From contig JASLKO010000180.1 of assembly GCA_030747475.1 (NCBI GenBank), forward strand, positions 31,631 to 95,630: DNA of 64,000 nucleotides. The letters are read 5' to 3'. The notes beneath the pieces were generated by a model, which was given only the letters and a program-made list of their open reading frames with translations, ran no database searches and was not told the origin of the DNA. Positions 29,143 to 39,200 of the stretch are shown piece by piece. Made by a program: the position numbers and the translations under genes. The DNA comes from Candidatus Thalassarchaeaceae archaeon (GTDB lineage Archaea; Thermoplasmatota; Poseidoniia; Poseidoniales; Thalassarchaeaceae). Numbering within the stretch: the first letter of the stretch is position 1; every line of letters begins with the position of its first letter.

Positions 29143-30168
29143 TTATCGATCAGCCCAAATCGATAACCACTGGTTGATATTCTTCTGAATGTCATCCAAA
29201 TCAATGGGTCTATTTTCACAATCACCCTCAGATGAGATTGGTTGTAGTCTACAACCACAGGCATTGGCATGTCCACCACCATTGACATCAAATGCACATG
29301 CTAATTTTGTCAAATCAAAAACACCACCATCTTCATGTAGAAATGAGTTGGAGTAGAAAGATGCAGAGAGGGGCCACCGTTCTTTATTTCCAATGGACCC
29401 ATCTACATATCCATGGATAATCATACAGGCATCGCAAGCATCACCAAAATGAGCGGTAACAAGGTATCCGTTAGTACGAATTCCCGCACCATCTAATCGA
29501 ACGATTGCTAACCTGTCAATAATTTCTGAACGGTCAGTTAGCATATCTTGTAACGAAACAAATTCTAATCGCGCATCTCCGATTCGGTTTGAAACAATTT
29601 CTTCATTGACGATATCTACAGGTAACATACCAGATGTAACTAGATTGAGTAGAGTCCGACAGTACTCTGGATCTGTTGCACTAATCGTTCTTCCAATCCA
29701 CACGACTGGATGATCAGAAAGAAACTCCGCTGGGGTGATTTTTCCACCATCTAAGCGGTCCACCATGTCCATCCAAACATCAAAGTCGCTAAGATCTATC
29801 AAATCAAAAAATGATTCAAACGCCACTCTTGCAGCACTCAATTTGTCCTGCCAGATGATATATCCACCAGTATCAATTTGTTTCTTTTCTTGTTCATTAG
29901 TGGGCTTGTTTGTCAGGTGATGATCAATGTAAAGTCCACAATCTGGATGAAATGGTAAATCCAGTAACGCAGTATCTGTTCCAATCCAATCATCAATCCG
30001 GCCGCTTCGTATTTCGGCAGGATGAGTAAACAGAACAGTAGCATCTGGCCAGAATCGCTTGAGGATTGCAGCAGATAACAACCCATCTAGGTCTCCATCG
30101 GCGACAATACGACGAATTTCTAAACCAGAAAATCCACTCATCAAACCCCCCCTAGCGTCGTCCCTCAT
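29143..30168 (-). CDS. DHH/DHHA1-family phosphoesterase (NrnA-like nanoRNase/pAp phosphatase size class)
   Basis: DHH motif LYIDHHL. Asp-rich motif I IVADGDLDG. DHHA1 GGGH motif FDVNGGGHANACG. 341 aa is too short for RecJ/GAN. Confidence 0.8.
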   Translation of the reverse strand: MRDDARGGLMSGFSGLEIRRIVADGDLDGLLSAAILKRFWPDATVLFTHPAEIRSGRIDDWIGTDTALLDLPFHPDCGLYIDHHLTNKPTNEQEKKQIDTGGYIIWQDKLSAARVAFESFFDLIDLSDFDVWMDMVDRLDGGKITPAEFLSDHPVVWIGRTISATDPEYCRTLLNLVTSGMLPVDIVNEEIVSNRIGDARLEFVSLQDMLTDRSEIIDRLAIVRLDGAGIRTNGYLVTAHFGDACDACMIIHGYVDGSIGNKERWPLSASFYSNSFLHEDGGVFDLTKLACAFDVNGGGHANACGCRLQPISSEGDCENRPIDLDDIQKNINQWLSIWADR

Positions 30169-30244
30169 CGAGCACCGTTCTTAGCATTGTGTTATTGCGC
30201 CTGCCTCCCGAAATGGATTAGTAGCCCTCACCAATAGCACAGTC

Positions 30245-30658
30245 ATGGAGACCTCATGCGGAGTCGTCTTGGTTAATTTTGGGAGTGTGCTTCTCCTCCA
30301 ATATCCGCAAGGCCATTGGGGCTTCCCCAAAGGCCATTTTGAAGAAGAGGATGGTGCATATCAACAGACTGCCCTAAGGGAATTAGAAGAAGAAACAGGT
30401 ATTTCGGAAGTCCGGATGGTTGAAGATTGGAGAATCCGAACCGAATACACATTCGCGCGGAAGGGCCGCCCTGTGCTGAAGGAGGTATTCTGGTTCATTG
30501 GGGAAACGGATCAATATGAAATCAATTTGAGCCATGAACATCGAAATTACATGTGGCTGGATTGGGAAGGTGCCGAAGCTCAATTGACATTCGAACCAAG
30601 TAAGGAAGTACTCAGAGCCGCTAGGAATCAACTACGAGCCATGGGTCGTGAAGTTTAG
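30245..30658 (+). CDS. Nudix hydrolase
   Basis: Nudix box GHWGFPKGHFEEEDGAYQQTALRELEEETGI (GX5EX7REUXEEXGU). TAG stop at 30656-30658; 4-bp convergent overlap with the next gene. Confidence 0.85.
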   Translation: METSCGVVLVNFGSVLLLQYPQGHWGFPKGHFEEEDGAYQQTALRELEEETGISEVRMVEDWRIRTEYTFARKGRPVLKEVFWFIGETDQYEINLSHEHRNYMWLDWEGAEAQLTFEPSKEVLRAARNQLRAMGREV

Positions 30659-31287
30659 TCACGTTTCCCGATTGGAACCCACAAGATTTCATCTTCTCCA
30701 AGGACTGCGGTAATCCATCGACCTAGTACAAAGAACCAATCTGAAAGTCGATTTAGATATGCGATGACATCACTCCGAACCGCACCATCACCTTCTAAAT
30801 CACGTACCCTTATTGCAACCCTTTCCACACGCCGAGTCACCGTTCGCGCCAAATGGATTGTTGCAATTAATGGAGAGCCGGCAGGAAGAATGAATGATTC
30901 CAATGGAGTTAGATCCGTGAGCCAGGCGTCCATATCTTCGCAGAGTTGGTCTGCTTGTTCCATGCTAATGACTCCCATCCCTTCAGGCAAGTCATTGGGA
31001 TGACAAGCACACTCCCCTCCAATATCGAATAATTCCTGTTGAAGATGAGCAAGTTTCGGTTCTGCAGAATTTCTTACCCGACGAACGGTTGCACGCAAAC
31101 CTCCATCAGAATGTCTACCATCGACACGTTCCAATTCTGCACGGACTAAACCGACTACAGCATTCAATTCGTCAATGGTCCCGAATAATTCTAAGCGCAC
31201 ATGACTCTTAGGAACCCGTTCCCCTGAGAGTAGTGATGACTCTCCAGTATCTCCACCTCCGGTATGGACCTTAGTGATACGAACCAT
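30655..31287 (-). CDS. PduO-type ATP:cob(I)alamin adenosyltransferase
   Basis: MVRITKVHTGGGDTGESSLLSGERVPKSHVRLELFGTIDELNAVVG matches the PduO/MMAB N-terminal signature (T.TGD.G.T.L..G.R..K....I.A.G.IDELN). The probable start is the internal Met at 31287 rather than 31350. Confidence 0.8.
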   Translation of the reverse strand: MVRITKVHTGGGDTGESSLLSGERVPKSHVRLELFGTIDELNAVVGLVRAELERVDGRHSDGGLRATVRRVRNSAEPKLAHLQQELFDIGGECACHPNDLPEGMGVISMEQADQLCEDMDAWLTDLTPLESFILPAGSPLIATIHLARTVTRRVERVAIRVRDLEGDGAVRSDVIAYLNRLSDWFFVLGRWITAVLGEDEILWVPIGKRD

Positions 31288-31336
31288 GGACAACCCCAAC
31301 CTAAGGGAGGGGGTACACATCATGGGCCTTTCGCAA

Positions 31337-31717
31337 TCATCGATTGTCAATTATTGGGCGAGTGATGGGTGGAATTTCAACCCTAGAACTCAAATTTTCT
31401 TCTCGTTGTTTACGAACAGTTCTCCCTTCTTTTATTCGAGTCAAAACAAGGAGGCCGAATAGAACCCAAATACTCAATTCAAGAATCAATAGGACCCAAT
31501 ACCATGCTCCCAATGATGAGAGCATGGCCGAGGCATCATATGGTCCCCCATTGATTCCCATGTATAGGGCTTGAGAGAGTAGATTTGCACTGAACCAAAC
31601 CACAACAACGGCCCAAGCAAATCGGACACCGTGTGCTTTCAATTCCCTTCGCAGAATCTTTTCACCCGTATTATTCTCACTTTCAAGATATTTTAACCCA
31701 TACATGAGCAGACCCAT
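31337..31717 (-). CDS. Small membrane protein, hypothetical (126 aa)
   Basis: Three hydrophobic helices; no motif recognised. Confidence 0.4.
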   Translation of the reverse strand: MGLLMYGLKYLESENNTGEKILRRELKAHGVRFAWAVVVVWFSANLLSQALYMGINGGPYDASAMLSSLGAWYWVLLILELSIWVLFGLLVLTRIKEGRTVRKQREENLSSRVEIPPITRPIIDNR

Positions 31718-31739
31718 GGGTCCCCTCGGTTTTTACCCC

Positions 31740-32531
31740 TTATTCCGATTCAGAAATCGGCACGCGCAAGCGCTTTATGCACGATTCAACCTTCTGAATC
31801 CAAGCGTTATTGACTGAATCTTCACCACCAAGTCGTTCTAATCTTTCAGCATGGTGTGCAGCGGCGGTAGTTTCACCTCTCATCTCGTGAATCCTAACCA
31901 ATGCAGCATGACTCATTGCATCTAACCAATTTTCTTCAGTATGCCATGATTTTTCAAACATTGAAATCGCACCGCGATCGCCATCAATCAGCCCCCGTTC
32001 TAACTGCCTCAATGCTGCTTGGGACCACGTGATACCTTGTACTCCGATGATTAGCCCTTTCCAAAAAAGAAACATTTCCAGTAAGATGACTAAAGTCGCC
32101 AAAATAAATCCAAAGATTTGTTCCGTTTGATCATAATCCCCCCATGCTCCAGTGAGAATAGAAACAGTTCCTGCTGCGAGCCACATTCCAGTAAATGGTG
32201 CCACAATTACGTCAGTTTTCTGTATAGATGTATAGCGAACACCAAACATTACTCCGATACCACCAACTAATGCTGCGATTAATCCTGGCAGATCTGGATC
32301 AGTATTTCGTGGGGATTGCGTCGCAATCGCTAGAATCCCAGTGATTCCGATCATTGCCCATGCCCATCGTCCTCCGATTTCAGGAAATGGTTGTGCTCGA
32401 CTCATCCAAAGTAACAATGCGGAAGTACCACCTAGAAAGGCAACCCATTCCCACATGTACTGGGTGCGTAGGCATTCGGTTTTCAATCCATTCCAGTCGG
32501 CCCGTTGGGAACACCATCGTCTCCTCTCCAA
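31740..32531 (-). CDS. Polytopic membrane protein with a C-terminal cytoplasmic helical (TPR-like) region, hypothetical (263 aa)
   Basis: N-terminal half of 5-6 hydrophobic helices; the C-terminal roughly 90 aa are charged and helical. No motif recognised. Confidence 0.5.
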   Translation of the reverse strand: MERRRWCSQRADWNGLKTECLRTQYMWEWVAFLGGTSALLLWMSRAQPFPEIGGRWAWAMIGITGILAIATQSPRNTDPDLPGLIAALVGGIGVMFGVRYTSIQKTDVIVAPFTGMWLAAGTVSILTGAWGDYDQTEQIFGFILATLVILLEMFLFWKGLIIGVQGITWSQAALRQLERGLIDGDRGAISMFEKSWHTEENWLDAMSHAALVRIHEMRGETTAAAHHAERLERLGGEDSVNNAWIQKVESCIKRLRVPISESE

Positions 32532-32848
32532 CCGGGCTGCCAGAATTCTTCATCGTCTAACCATTCCAACCATTCTTCAGCGTTCGCACGTAATAGGCGA
32601 TATGCACGTCGTTCCAACCCCTCATGGAGTCCATCACCGATCTCACTGTTTTTCCATGCATCTTTCCACTCAATTTGCATTTGTTGCAATCTTCGTTGCC
32701 CCTCAGTAGGATTGTCAAAGTGACGTTCACACATTTCTCTCAAGTCAGAAATCCAAGTCCGCGCCCCTTTCATGTGTGGATTATCAATCATGGGTTTCAC
32801 CCGTCGCTTGAATGGCCACCAACCCATGTTATGTCCTTCTTGCCACAC
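32483..32848 (-). CDS. Hypothetical Trp-rich small protein (121 aa)
   Basis: ORF only. It overlaps the start of the downstream membrane-protein gene by about 49 nt; no motif. Confidence 0.3.
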   Translation of the reverse strand: MWQEGHNMGWWPFKRRVKPMIDNPHMKGARTWISDLREMCERHFDNPTEGQRRLQQMQIEWKDAWKNSEIGDGLHEGLERRAYRLLRANAEEWLEWLDDEEFWQPGWRGDDGVPNGPTGMD

Positions 32849-32905
32849 CTATTGAGCCTTCGCACAAGCCCCAAGTCTGATGATACCCAATCATGCCGCA
32901 GAACC

Positions 32906-33343
32906 ATGGCGCGAATTGTTGTGCATACACATGGGAAGGCGCGCGAGAAAGGGTATGTTCATCTGATTCGCAAGTATGCTGAGCGTTTAGAGGCTCGCGG
33001 TGTCACATTATCTTCACATTCTGATCGATTGGATCATGACGCCTATATTGACAAAATTACCCAAGCGGCGTCGAACGGCCATCTCATATTATTGGACGAA
33101 AATGGTGAAAGTGGAACAACAAACTGGTTCGTTGGAAAATGGAATGAGTGGAGATTGTCAACAGAATCGATTCACCTTGCAATTGGACCCGTTGATGGTT
33201 TCAATTCAGAAGTTACACTTGCTCACGAAACAATTTCTCTCGGGCCCATGACACTGACATATGAGATGGCAGCCGTAATTTTGTTGGAACAGTTGTATCG
33301 GGCCAGCGAAATCGAGCGTGGTTCCCCCTACCATCGGGATTAA
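32906..33343 (+). CDS. rlmH: RlmH (YbeA/DUF163) SPOUT-family rRNA pseudouridine N3-methyltransferase
   Basis: MARIVVHTHGKAREKGY...LILLDENGESGTTNWFVGKWNEWRLS...LAIGPVDGFNSEVTLAHETISLGPMTLTYEMAAVILLEQLYRA follows the RlmH layout. The internal ATG 32906 is chosen over the long ORF-table start 32624. Confidence 0.75.
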   Translation: MARIVVHTHGKAREKGYVHLIRKYAERLEARGVTLSSHSDRLDHDAYIDKITQAASNGHLILLDENGESGTTNWFVGKWNEWRLSTESIHLAIGPVDGFNSEVTLAHETISLGPMTLTYEMAAVILLEQLYRASEIERGSPYHRD

Positions 33344-33718
33344 TCAACACTCGACATATTCCCCAGTATCTAGATTGGTTGCGATGTCTACAATTTCATT
33401 TTGAGTATTAACATGTACAATTGTTGGAACATGTTCCTCAACGAAGTTGGATGGAATACCTTGGTATGTGATAAGAATAACAAGATTGCCAGGTTGAACT
33501 AAATGTGCAGCCGCTCCATTGATACAAATGCGACCAGATCCAGCAGGCGCCTTGACAACATAAGTTTCCAATCGTGCACCATTCGTAACATTCAGAACGT
33601 GTATTTTCTCCCATTCTTCAATACCTGCGGCTTGCAATAAATGTTCATCGATTGATATTGAACCGATGTAATCTACATCAGCATGAGTTACCGTAGCACG
33701 ATGTATTTTTGAGCGCAT
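33344..33718 (-). CDS. panD: Pyruvoyl-dependent aspartate 1-decarboxylase (PanD, bacterial type)
   Basis: MRSKIHRATVTHADVDYIGSISIDEHLL...NGARLETYVVKAPAGSGRICINGAAAHLVQPGNLVILI: a near-canonical PanD sequence including the self-cleavage site G-S in YIGSISID. Confidence 0.85.
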   Translation of the reverse strand: MRSKIHRATVTHADVDYIGSISIDEHLLQAAGIEEWEKIHVLNVTNGARLETYVVKAPAGSGRICINGAAAHLVQPGNLVILITYQGIPSNFVEEHVPTIVHVNTQNEIVDIATNLDTGEYVEC

Positions 33719-33796
33719 GACAAATCTCATGATTCCCCTCAAACTGAGTGAACCAACGACCCCATATCAATCTCTCTCAATGTCATTGACATCAAA

Positions 33797-36052
33797 TTAG
33801 AGCCGTTGTCGAGAATGGCGCTGCGCTTCGACTGCACAAATTGCTGCCATGTGGACAACATCTCGTGCAGCATCCCCTCGTTGTAATACGTGTACTGGTT
33901 TTGCCATTCCTTCTAGAATTGGACCAGTCATTTCAGCATCTCCCAGTCTTTGCAAGAGTTTGTATGAGATATTTGCAGCTGGAAGGTTTGGACAGATGAG
34001 TACATTTGCCGGACCTCCAAGCGTCATGAATGGATAATCCTCCTGTATGTCTGGAACCAACGCAGTATCTGCTTGCATTGGCCCATCGATGATGAGTGTT
34101 GGATCTAATTCCCGAGCAATTTCTAATGAGTCCTCAACACGTTCACTTCGCTATGCACCCGATGATCCAAAGTTGGAGAATGATAGTAGTGCCACCCGCG
34201 GCTCAATTCCAAATCGCTTCGCCACCCGAGCTGTTTGTATTGCAATTTCAGCCAATGTTCTAGCGTCGGGGTAGATGTTGATGGTCGCATCCCCGATGAA
34301 CATCACTTTTCCTTTGACAGTCATCATGTATGTTCCAATGACACGATGTGCATTACTGTCAGTACCAATGGTCTCAAGACACGGCCGTAAGAAATCAGGA
34401 TAATGTCTCGAAATGCCCCCGATGATTCCATCAGCATCTCCCATTTCCACCATCATCGAACCGAAATATGTACGCGATTTGAGGAGCCGTTTTGCATCTG
34501 GCCTTGTGACACCTTTTCGTTCTCTCTTTTTGTGTAATTCATCAGTATAAATCGAAGATCTGCGAGGGTCTTCTCGAGGATCGATCATTTCACATTCAAA
34601 TTCAAGTCCCAATTCTTCCATGACCGCTTCGATTTCGTGATGCCTGCCCAACAATACGGGCTCACAAATTCGTTCTTGGATACATTGCGCAGCAGCTTTG
34701 ATCATCGTTGGATGGTCACCCTCACAGAAGACTATCCGCTTTCGTTCACGAGCGGCTTGATCCATCACTCCACGCATAATTGAACGAGTCAACCCAAGTC
34801 GACTTTCCAATTCTTTTTGATATGTTTCGATATTGAAAGATCTGGCAATCTCGGGCGGAGTCAAACCTTCAGCAACCGCTGCCTGTGCAACTGCACTTGC
34901 TTCCCAAATGAGTACTCGAGCATCGAATGGTTTCGGAATCAAATATTCTGGTCCAAATTGAATTTGTTCCCCTCCATATGCTGCTGCGACATCGTCAGGC
35001 ACAGGCTCTCTCGCAAGTTTTGCAAGGGCTTGTGTTGCAGCCATTTTCATGCCTTCCGTAATTTCGGTAGCAGCGACATCTAGGGCTCCTCGGAAGATGT
35101 ATGGGAATCCGAGAACATTGTTGATTTGATTGGGATAGTCTGAACGCCCCGTAGCCATAATCGCATCATCACGTACTCTAGCAACTTCCTCAGGCATGAT
35201 TTCAGGCGTAGGATTTGCGAGAGCAAAAATGAGTGGGCGGCTTGCCATTCGCTTGACCATTGCACCCGTTACAATTCCACCTTTCGAGAGTCCTAAGAAC
35301 ACATCCGCACCAACCAAAGCATCGCCAATACTCCCATCGGGAACATCTCGAGCAAATTTTGCTTTGTAGCGATTTAATTCAGCCGCATCCTTACGCTTCT
35401 TCGTCATGATTCCTCCCGAATCACAGATGAGGAGATTCTCTTTTCGAACACCAAGTTGAACATAATGCGCTGCACAAGATAGTGCACTTGCACCGGCACC
35501 AGATATTACCACCTTGATTTGTCCAATATCTTTGTTCACAACCTCAAGCCCATTCAGTAGGGCCGCACCTGAAATAATCGCGGTTCCGTGCTGATCATCA
35601 TGCATCACCGGAATATCAAGCTCCTTGACCAATCTCTTTTCGATTTCAAAACATTCAGGTGCTTTGATGTCTTCTAGGTTAATCCCCCCGAATGTCGGAG
35701 CAATTCGCTTGACGGTGTTTACAAATTCATCAACGTCTTCAGTGTCAATTTCAATATCGAATACATCGATGTCTGCGAATGCTTTGAACAGCAATCCCTT
35801 CCCTTCCATCACAGGTTTACTGGCAACAGCTCCAATATTTCCAAGTCCCAGTACAGCAGTACCGTTACTAATGACAGCGACCAGATTACCTTTGGATGTG
35901 TATTGATTTGCTTTCCCAGCATCTTTCTCAATTTCAAGACAAGGATATGCGACTCCTGGAGAGTATGCCAATGACAAATCTCTCTGGGTTGCATGGGGTT
36001 TTGTCGGCACGACAGTGATCTTTCCCCGAGGGCTTGCTGCGTGATAGTCCAA
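33797..36052 (-). CDS. maeB: NADP-dependent malic enzyme of the MaeB type (malic-enzyme domain plus C-terminal phosphotransacetylase-like domain), interrupted by one in-frame TAG at 34151-34153
   Basis: ORFs 34151..36052 and 33797..34078 are in the same frame. Translation across the gap reads ...LSFSNFGSSGA-TAG-RSERVEDSLEIARELDPTLIIDGPMQADTALVPD...ANVLICPNLPAANISYKLLQ, collinear with MaeB C-terminal domains. 117 codons stay open after the TAG, to a TAA at 33797. Confidence 0.6.
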
Positions 36053-36207
36053 CGCGTCCTTGCGGAGTTGTTCATCGCTCAGAGTTCACCCTCCCCTTTT
36101 CGACGGGCTGGCATTCCCCATATCCACCTTCCGCATGAACAATGCCTGTATCCGATGGTTTCGCCCTACGGGCGAGAAAACGGACAGAAACAACTCAACT
36201 TTTTGAG

Positions 36208-36226
36208 TGGTATACTGTGTATACCA
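36208..36226. promoter_or_regulatory. Perfect palindrome TGGTATAC-TGT-GTATACCA (8-bp arms) in the divergent intergenic region between maeB and giant gene D
   Basis: Read directly. It contains two opposed TATAC (TATA-like) elements and lies 54 bp upstream of the ATG at 36280. Candidate operator or bidirectional TATA element. Confidence 0.45.
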
Positions 36227-36279
36227 TGTAACACATCCAACCATGACCTTCAAATGGTGTTGCAAAGCCAGTGTGTCCC

Positions 36280-39200
36280 ATGAGTGCACCCTCTCAGGCT
36301 CAGTACCCTCTTTCCAGTAAGAGACGGGCCCTCACCCTAGTCACCATCATGTTGTTGGCATCCTGGCTCCCTCTTGGTAGTCCGTGGGTTGCAAGTGCAC
36401 ACGTCGGCATAGTCGCAGAATGGGGTTCAGAAGGCACCAATGATACAGGTTGGATACGAATGGATGCCGCGACCACAGCGACTGATACCCAGAGCGCTAT
36501 GGACAATCTCATGCTCAATTTTGCACCAGGCGCTGTCATTGACAACTTGACCTTTGAAGTGCGAGTTAATGGTTCAGATGGAATTTGGGCAGATCAACCA
36601 CAACTCCTCCTCCCTGATGCTCCAGCGAGTATTCTTGATTGGAGAGGCCTTGGTGGATTCGGCGTACAAGACAACTTCATCGGTGCAGATCCACATTCGA
36701 GCCGTCTTTCCCCCAATAGTGATTCAAATGCAGGTTGGGTTTTGCCTGGTGGTTCCACTGTGACTGATGTGGTCATTGAGGCACTTAGGCCCGCTGACCC
36801 TCTCATCTCAATGCAACAGATTAACGTGGAAATTACAGATTCTGAAACCCATCCAATTGATGGCCGATTGTATTTCGCAACAGCCGATGCTTTGGTTCAA
36901 GTTGATTTCCAAAACACTCCTCCAGTGATTGAAGTTAACTTTCTCCAAGAGGATATTTTGGACATGACAATCGATGTCTCACAGGATTACCTCCATGTGG
37001 CATGCACAGATGGACAAATTCGTGTATTCTCCCTAACTGATAGTTCTCTTGTTGGTAATTACACGAGCCCATTTGGTGAGGCTGTACACCAACTTGAATC
37101 AGTTGGCCCTGGTTCTTTGGTCGCTACTAATGGTGAAACACTGTGGGACGTAACGATTACCTCCACTCTAACATCGACTTGGATTGACTTGGGCAATCTC
37201 GCTACAGATGGTTCTCCTGCTACGGATTTACTTGTCGTCAGCACAGATGTCTGGGTGGCCACAGATGGAGCTGGATTGTTCCACTATGGTAGTGGTGGAA
37301 TGGGTATTCAACAATATGACACCCAAAATGCTCTACCCAGTGACCGTGTTGTTGACCTAGAGATGGCAGGCACTCATCTTCTCATCGCTACAGCAGATGC
37401 AGGAATCACCCGCCGCGACCTCTCAACCAATTCTTGGCTAGCCACATGGAACAGTGGAAATTGGCTTGCTAGTGATGATATTGCTCAGATGTCCTCCATC
37501 GATGGATGGGTTCACATCATTGCGGGTGACACTGTACACTCATACAATACGACCAGCCTCTCTTTCCTTAGTTCGTGGACAATGAATAACTTGGATCTCT
37601 CACGAGATTCAGGAAACGCCCTGATACCATGGCATGGCGGGGGCTCGCGTGCACCCGTGCACCACAGCGTCCTTGTGGGCGATGGTTCGGGCACATTCAC
37701 TATTTTGAACCCTCACACGCAAGGTAGTGGTGGCAATCAAGGCACTTGGCAACAAATGGTATTCGCGACAGGTCCAACTGAAGATGATATGCAAGATGCA
37801 GTTGAACTGAATGGTATTCTTTACATTGCAGCTGGGGAGCAAGTTGAACGATTTGATTTGAATCGAAACCGTTGGTTACTACCATTGAAAGGCGACATGA
37901 ATCCATATGCTAGTGATGTCCTTTGTATTACGACTGACGGCTCAGATCTCTTCATTGGAACGAGCACGGCAGGAATCATTCAGATCACGTTGAATGGCAC
38001 CGTTGTGCAATCTCAAAACGCCGCCCAATGGCAAACATCTGATGGTCTTTCAGCAAACGAAGTAACTGACATCGCATACGAACCAGGCACAGGACAGATT
38101 GTATCTATTCACCCATCTTCTGGAATTTCTGTGGTTAATCCCTTAAGTGGAATTATCACTCAAACATGGACGACATTCAATGGCCTTAGTTCAAACAATA
38201 TGAATGCATTAACCGTTCGAGGCGGAATCGCCTATGCGGGGACAAGTAACCAGGGAATCGAACGGATTGACATCACGAATGTCACACGCCTTACACCTTG
38301 GACATCGACTGGGATGGATGATGTAGATTCCATGCCAATTGCTACAGATGGAACCATGCTCTATCTTGGTGTGTACGGCTATGGAGTCATTGTTTACAAT
38401 TTGAGTTCAGGTGAACAAACCGATCTTTGGCAAAGAACGGGCGGTAATGGCCCTGGTCAAGGAAATCAAATCCCTTCAAATAACGTACTTTCACTTGCTG
38501 TATTGAGTTCAGGGACAGTACTTGTTGGGACAACAAATGGTGGCGCACAACACACGTCCGCAGGTTGGAGTCAGATGGGTAGTACTGGAAATGAATTTGC
38601 CGACGAATTTTACGATTGGGATTTTGATAATCAATACATCTACGCCGCTACAGAAACAGGTGTTTGTCAATGGACCAGATCAGGTCTTGCCTTCCAGAAA
38701 TGTTGGGATGACAATCCAGATGGTTTGCCGGCGCAATTTGCTTATTCCATTGAATTGATTGAACCGGGCAGAATTTGGGTTGGTCACAACGAAGGTGCTG
38801 GTGTCATCGATGTAACCAATGACACAGTCATCAAAGCATGGCAAGCCGGGGTTGAAACAAACAATGCGAAGACCATTGTAATCGGCGATGTGGCTTACAT
38901 TGGTTACGATGGTGTGGGTGTTCTACGATACGATCTGATTACGGATGAGTGGCTATCTCCATGGGATGCAGTCACCACAAATTTGCTTGAGAGTAACGGT
39001 GTGACGGCAATGGTTCAGGATATCGATCCAAATCGACTGTGGGTCGGTGGCGACATGGGCTTGAATCTCATCGATGTCGTCAATGCAACCCTAGTCGTTG
39101 ATTGGGATTCAGGCACCAATACTGGAGGCATCACGCTATCCAATCAGGAGCCCGGTGAATTGGTCATCATTGGAGATACAATGTACTACATGCAGGTACG

